The notes beneath the pieces are model-generated. The model did no database searches. It was not told the DNA's origin and worked only from the letters and a program-made list of their open reading frames with translations. 64,000 nt of DNA from Selaginella moellendorffii (taxonomy: Eukaryota; Plantae; Lycopodiophyta), in the NCBI RefSeq assembly GCF_000143415.4, contig NW_003314287.1:1640001-1704000 (forward strand), given 5' to 3'. Each line of letters begins with the position of its first letter. Within the stretch, counting starts at the first letter, position 1. Shown piece by piece: positions 59,304 through 64,000 of the stretch. A program made the position numbers and the translations under genes.

Positions 59304-62300
59304 CTAATTAGCTCCAAAAGTTTTCTGCAACTCAGCAATAGTAAGGCTTGCTTGGTGTATATGAATATCCACTTTAGGATCCTGGTGCAAGATGTTGATG
59401 AAGATGTAGTACATATGCTTGCAAGGAGCATATGCCTTCCCATGTTCCTCGCGCTTTGTAAAGTCTGGACATGTGCAAGAAGGAAAGTCATGAATGGCAA
59501 TTGTGTACTCTCCACTTTCTGTTTTGACTATGTACTCCTTTGCAAGCGCAGTGATGTACTTCGTAGAGAGAATCTCACACTCAAGTGTTTGAGCCAAGTT
59601 TATTTTACCTTGCTTCTGCTTGGAGATGGTACCAATAAATTTAACTGCTTTACCTTTTCGTGCTGGCCTCCTGTGCATCTCTGTAGGAATAGTCCTGCTC
59701 CTGTCACTCATGTCTCCAACTCTCCTCTCAAGATTAAAACCAGATTTCTCAAGGTTTTCAATCTCATCCGAGGTGAGCGCGACCCCATTAACAACCGGCC
59801 ATTCTTTAGGTACTGCATCAGGTTTAGTCACTATAGTGTCTTCAAGCCGCTTCGTATGGTTGGCGTCGGTGTTGCAACAATATAGCCAGCACCATCTTGA
59901 AAATCCTGCTTGCTTTCGTTCCCCATAGAAACATGGGGCTGGAACAGAAGCAGATTTTTCACCACGAATCCAGGCCCAACACTTGCCCCTCGGAAGCATC
60001 CCCACACACCTTACATTTGATTTTGCTGGCACACGTCGGATTGCCCATTGCTTCGGCTCCACGCTACGGTAAGCAATTTCAACCTGTTGCGATGCACTCT
60101 CTTCATCAGCCACTTGAGGTGGCTCAGTCCGAGAGCGGTGTCTTGGAGCAGAATGGTACTCGACATCAGGCCTGTGGGAGCTTTTTGCTCCAAGGTCCGT
60201 ACCAACATCTTCCCCAGCAAAGGAAAAACGACGCTTTGAGCGGACAGTCTTCATATCACCAATAGAAGCTCGGGGAGTGTACTCCATAGATGTGCCACGG
60301 ACCACTTCCTCAACTGCTGTTGCCACTGTTCGGGCGGGTGGAGTTAATTTTCTCTTCATCCTATCATGTAACATCTCAACAGAAGGCCCTGTTCCCATAT
60401 ATCTTCCTTCCTCGAATGCCAGTGCTTTTGAAGATTGCTCTATAGCACGTATCAAATCTGATAGACAGGCTTCGTATAGACTCATCTTCCCTTTCCCTGC
60501 CTCAGAGGAACGCCAACTCCAATGCTTACTTTCGGAGAGATTCACAGTTGGGGTGTATGCGAGGTCCTCAAGTGGTTGATCCTAATGGAAAAGGCAATAT
60601 TAAAAGGTAATAAAAGGAGAAGAAAAAATATAAACCAACCTGAAAAGAGTGATGTCCCCATTGGAACATCCTAACTTCCCACCATCCTAACCATGACTCA
60701 AGTTGTGGTAGGCAACTTACGTCTGTATGGCCATCTTCACGCCACCACATTCGGATCTCGTTTGCTTTTGCCTCATGCTCTTCTTCAGAAGGTGCAACTT
60801 GCCATTGTTTGCACAACTCCTTAAATATTGATTGAAACTCTGGCTTGATAAGGTGGCAATGCTGGTTTAGGCTTTGAGCCCAATGGAACTCACAAGTCCT
60901 CTCACGACCTTCCAATGGTTGACCATTCCCAAAAACTGCTCGGATACCATTCCAGTTTGCACCAGCCCCATCTGCCATGAAACCACGAAAGTTTGCAGGC
61001 TTACCAGTCCGCTTTAGGACAATATCAGAGAGGGACTTCCAAAATATTTCCTGTGCTGTCTGGTCTTGTACTTTAAACTCTGCTGTTGCAATTGTTAAGT
61101 TACAACGTAGCCTATGAAAACATAAATATTATAACAATTTCAATATAATGAGAATAAAAAATACCTTGGATCATACACATGAGCTCCCATGGTTGTCCAA
61201 CCGGATACACGCTCCATATGGTCAAAATGTACCCATGCATTTGCAAGGTCACTGGACCCAAACATGTCCATTCGGGAGACAAGATCTACGCCAGAGGCAG
61301 GGCCCATGGTAGACATTTTGAAGACGAAGGGGCGCTCTTGCTCATTCACAACTTGGTCTGGAAACAAACTTCCGTGGATGAACTCGTATGGACAGGTCCG
61401 TTTCAATTCAAGGATGGAGTCAATTTTTGATTGCAACTTCCCCTCTCGAGATTCACACATCCAAGATTTTATCCTAAATAATATAATGTAAGAAAAAATT
61501 ATTATTATAACGTATGAAAAATAATGGATGTACCTCCTTAGGCTAGTAGCAGGTTTTACTCCTCGTAGTAAGTCCCGCAAGCTAGCCTCGTTTAGTTGAG
61601 TCTTTTGGCAACCTGGATTGAGTAAGGTATTTGCGATAAAATCCTTGAGGACGGTCTTCTGAACATGCTTCGGAGTTGCAGATGAGTTTCTCATAGTCTC
61701 TTCCTGTACAGCATCTTTGAAACGGTTGAGAGAACTCCTTTGTATCCCTTCCTGCATTGGATGCATATGTGTGCCAACATGCACTGCAGCTCTTCCAGCC
61801 ACTCCATCCCGTGGAAGAAAGTAGTACATCTTGGCCTCGCAGATAGCACGACATAGAGGAGCATTTTTGCAGAATCGACATTTGAATCCAACAGCAATGG
61901 TGTCACAGGCTGGAGGATTGACTGCAGACCCTTCGAAAAATATAGAGTTTCTAGAGCGGTCTCGATTGCATGCTTCATCCACACAATCTAAATGCCCGCC
62001 ACAATGAACTATAGACACTGTGCCTTCAAAATGTTGAAAGTGTGTGGTCTTGATCTTGCACCAATTGTGGACATCCTGCTTGGTTTCCATCCCCTTCCGT
62101 TTGGAACCTGTGCTGCTGACAAGAGGTGGTAGCTCGAAGAAAATGTTGCCGTTGTAGGAGGATGGAAGCTCACTCACAAGCCTATACAAAAACAAGTGCA
62201 TGTCGATTGAGAGTTGTGAAAACTGGAAAGCATTGCTAACGGCTTTGAATATTGCTGAAGTTGGAGCTGGAGCTGGTGAATTTGGCGCCGACACTAGCAT

Positions 62301-62642
62301 GACATCTTCACTTGAACTAGAAGAGGACGAGAGGATAACAATTGACTCTTGCTTCACATTCACTTTCGCTGGAGCGCATTTTGGCATTTTGACTGGAGAT
62401 CCAAACACTCGAATCTCCTTCGACTTGGAATTTTGTAAATCCCATTGTTGTCCACCCTCGCCCACACCAGAAAGAAGAAACTCCGAGTATGCAACTATAC
62501 CGGTGTCGTTGCGGATCACAGCCTCTAAAGAAATAGAGCCAAGACGAAGATCAAAACGCCGACATAAAAAACTTTCAGAAACAATACTCTGAGAGAATGA
62601 AAGAGGTGGGTGATCTCGAAAATGAAGAAGAAACCTCTCCAT
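59304..62642 (-). CDS. Mutator-like transposase with GCM-like Zn domain, DDE core and SWIM finger; 4 exons (62642-61534, 61473-61165, 61111-60640, 60581-59304), 1055 aa
   Basis: Three GT-AG introns give one uninterrupted frame. Motifs: VHFDHM (D), FMADGA (D), CEFHW (CxxH), TVNLSESKH (E), and SWIM CTCPDF...PCKH. The start codon is the first in-frame ATG. Confidence 0.88.
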
Positions 62643-64000
62643 CCTTCTCAATAGGTTTTGGAGTTCTCTCTCTTTATGCTACTTGTAAAAATCTATAGTG
62701 AAACATAATTGAAATTTAAATAGAGTAATAAGAAGACAACGTACAAAATGAATTTAAATTCTATAGCAAATTTAACATGTGTAAGTGTGACAGTATTAAT
62801 ATTACTGTCATCTATTATGATGTCTGATGCATGTATACACATAGATCCAAGAAAAGATTTTCAGCACGTGAAGTTTGATAGTTAATAATGATACCAGTAA
62901 TGACATTCTGCTATAACGTGTCAAACCAAGAGATCCAATCTAACTATCAGCACGTGTGATATGTCAAGTTGTCAAATTTTAAGTGGTAGATGATAATAAA
63001 TCTTGTCAAATCTTATTCTTCAATAACAGATTTGATTCGTAGTACAACTCAAGTTTTATCCATAATTGTGAACACTGCTCAATGACATTTAAAGCACGTG
63101 CCTATTGTTTAGGATCTAATACAGTACAAAATAAATTTCTGGATGAGGATTCATCCATTCATAGATGGATATAGTACAACATATTTTAACGTGCCTTATT
63201 TATACTCTTTGAAGTTCTTGTAACGATTCCAAAATATGTACAAAATAGTGATGAGAATGCATCCTTTCTAGATAATTTGTAAAATATAATATCATATCTC
63301 TAATAACAGAAATGTTGATAGGTGCTAGTTATACCATCATTAAAATATACAAAATAAAGAAGCATAATTTACATATAATAATAATGATAAGATAAAATAA
63401 GATCAAAGATATTGTGATGGTTGAGATTTAGGTTATTCGGAATGAACGGCCAGGATGAGAGATAGGTTAGGGTTAGGGCAGCCGTCAGGATTAGGGTTAG
63501 GGTAGCCGCCAAGATTAGGTTACTGTTCGCATCGTGAGTGGAGCGCGCGAGAGATCGAGAGATTGAGCGCGAAGGAGATCGAGGGATTGAGCGCGAAGGA
63601 GATCGAGCGATTGAGCGTGCAAGAGATCGAGAGATTGAGCGCGCAAGAGATCGAGAGATTGAGCGCGTGAGCGGGAGAGTTTGAGCGCGCGAGCGGGAGA
63701 GATTGAGCGCGCGATCGGGAGAGATTGAGTGCGTGAGCGGGAGAGATTGAGCGCACAAGAAATCTAGCACGATCAAGAAATCGAGGGAGGAAAGATGCCG
63801 CCAAGGGTGAGTTTCGATTTGATTGCTTCCACTTCCATTCCATTTCTTCCCTTTTTTTTTCTTGATTGCTTCTTTGCTGGCCGAGGTTGAGCTCGGGCGG
63901 GCCACCTCGGGCAGTTTTGCTTGCCGAGGGGTCGAGGTTATTGAGATATCCTCGGCCCTCCGGGCAGTCAAATTGCCCCAGGTGGAGGGCGGGCTCGCTA

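Larger units (their letters stand above)
58218..64000 (-). mobile_element. Mutator-like DNA transposon, copy 2 (well preserved, extends beyond the window)
   Basis: Terminus GGGTGCGGACCATACTTGAGCTCACGAG at 58218; intact transposase and small ORF; CpGs retained. Confidence 0.9.

Overview
Eukaryotic plant genomic DNA. The very short introns, dense gene packing and many PLS-class PPR genes suggest a lycophyte such as Selaginella (inference). Positions 1-40.8 kb are gene-dense: a SABATH methyltransferase pseudogene, a UDP-glycosyltransferase, an EPFL peptide, LUC7, a pectin methylesterase, four PLS/E-class PPR genes plus a PPR remnant, an orphan ORF, a cytosolic-type TrpRS, an euANT-type double-AP2 factor with a 9-nt microexon, and a MATH/TRAF protein. 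Positions ~41-64 kb are a nested transposon block: decayed Ty3/gypsy-like gag-protease remnants, a complete TRIM with 5-bp TSD plus an inverted partial copy, and two oppositely oriented copies of a ~10.7-kb Mutator-like DNA transposon. The main candidate novelty is this transposon. It encodes a GCM-like/DDE/SWIM transposase (intact in copy 2). It also appears to carry a ParB-like + beta-class N4C/N6A DNA-methyltransferase-like gene, an array of 24-bp palindromes and a small SGS3/zf-XS-like zinc-finger gene, i.e. possible self-encoded epigenetic cargo. The cargo domain calls come from visual motif matching, the ParB/MTase call from a decayed copy only, and they need HMM or structure confirmation.
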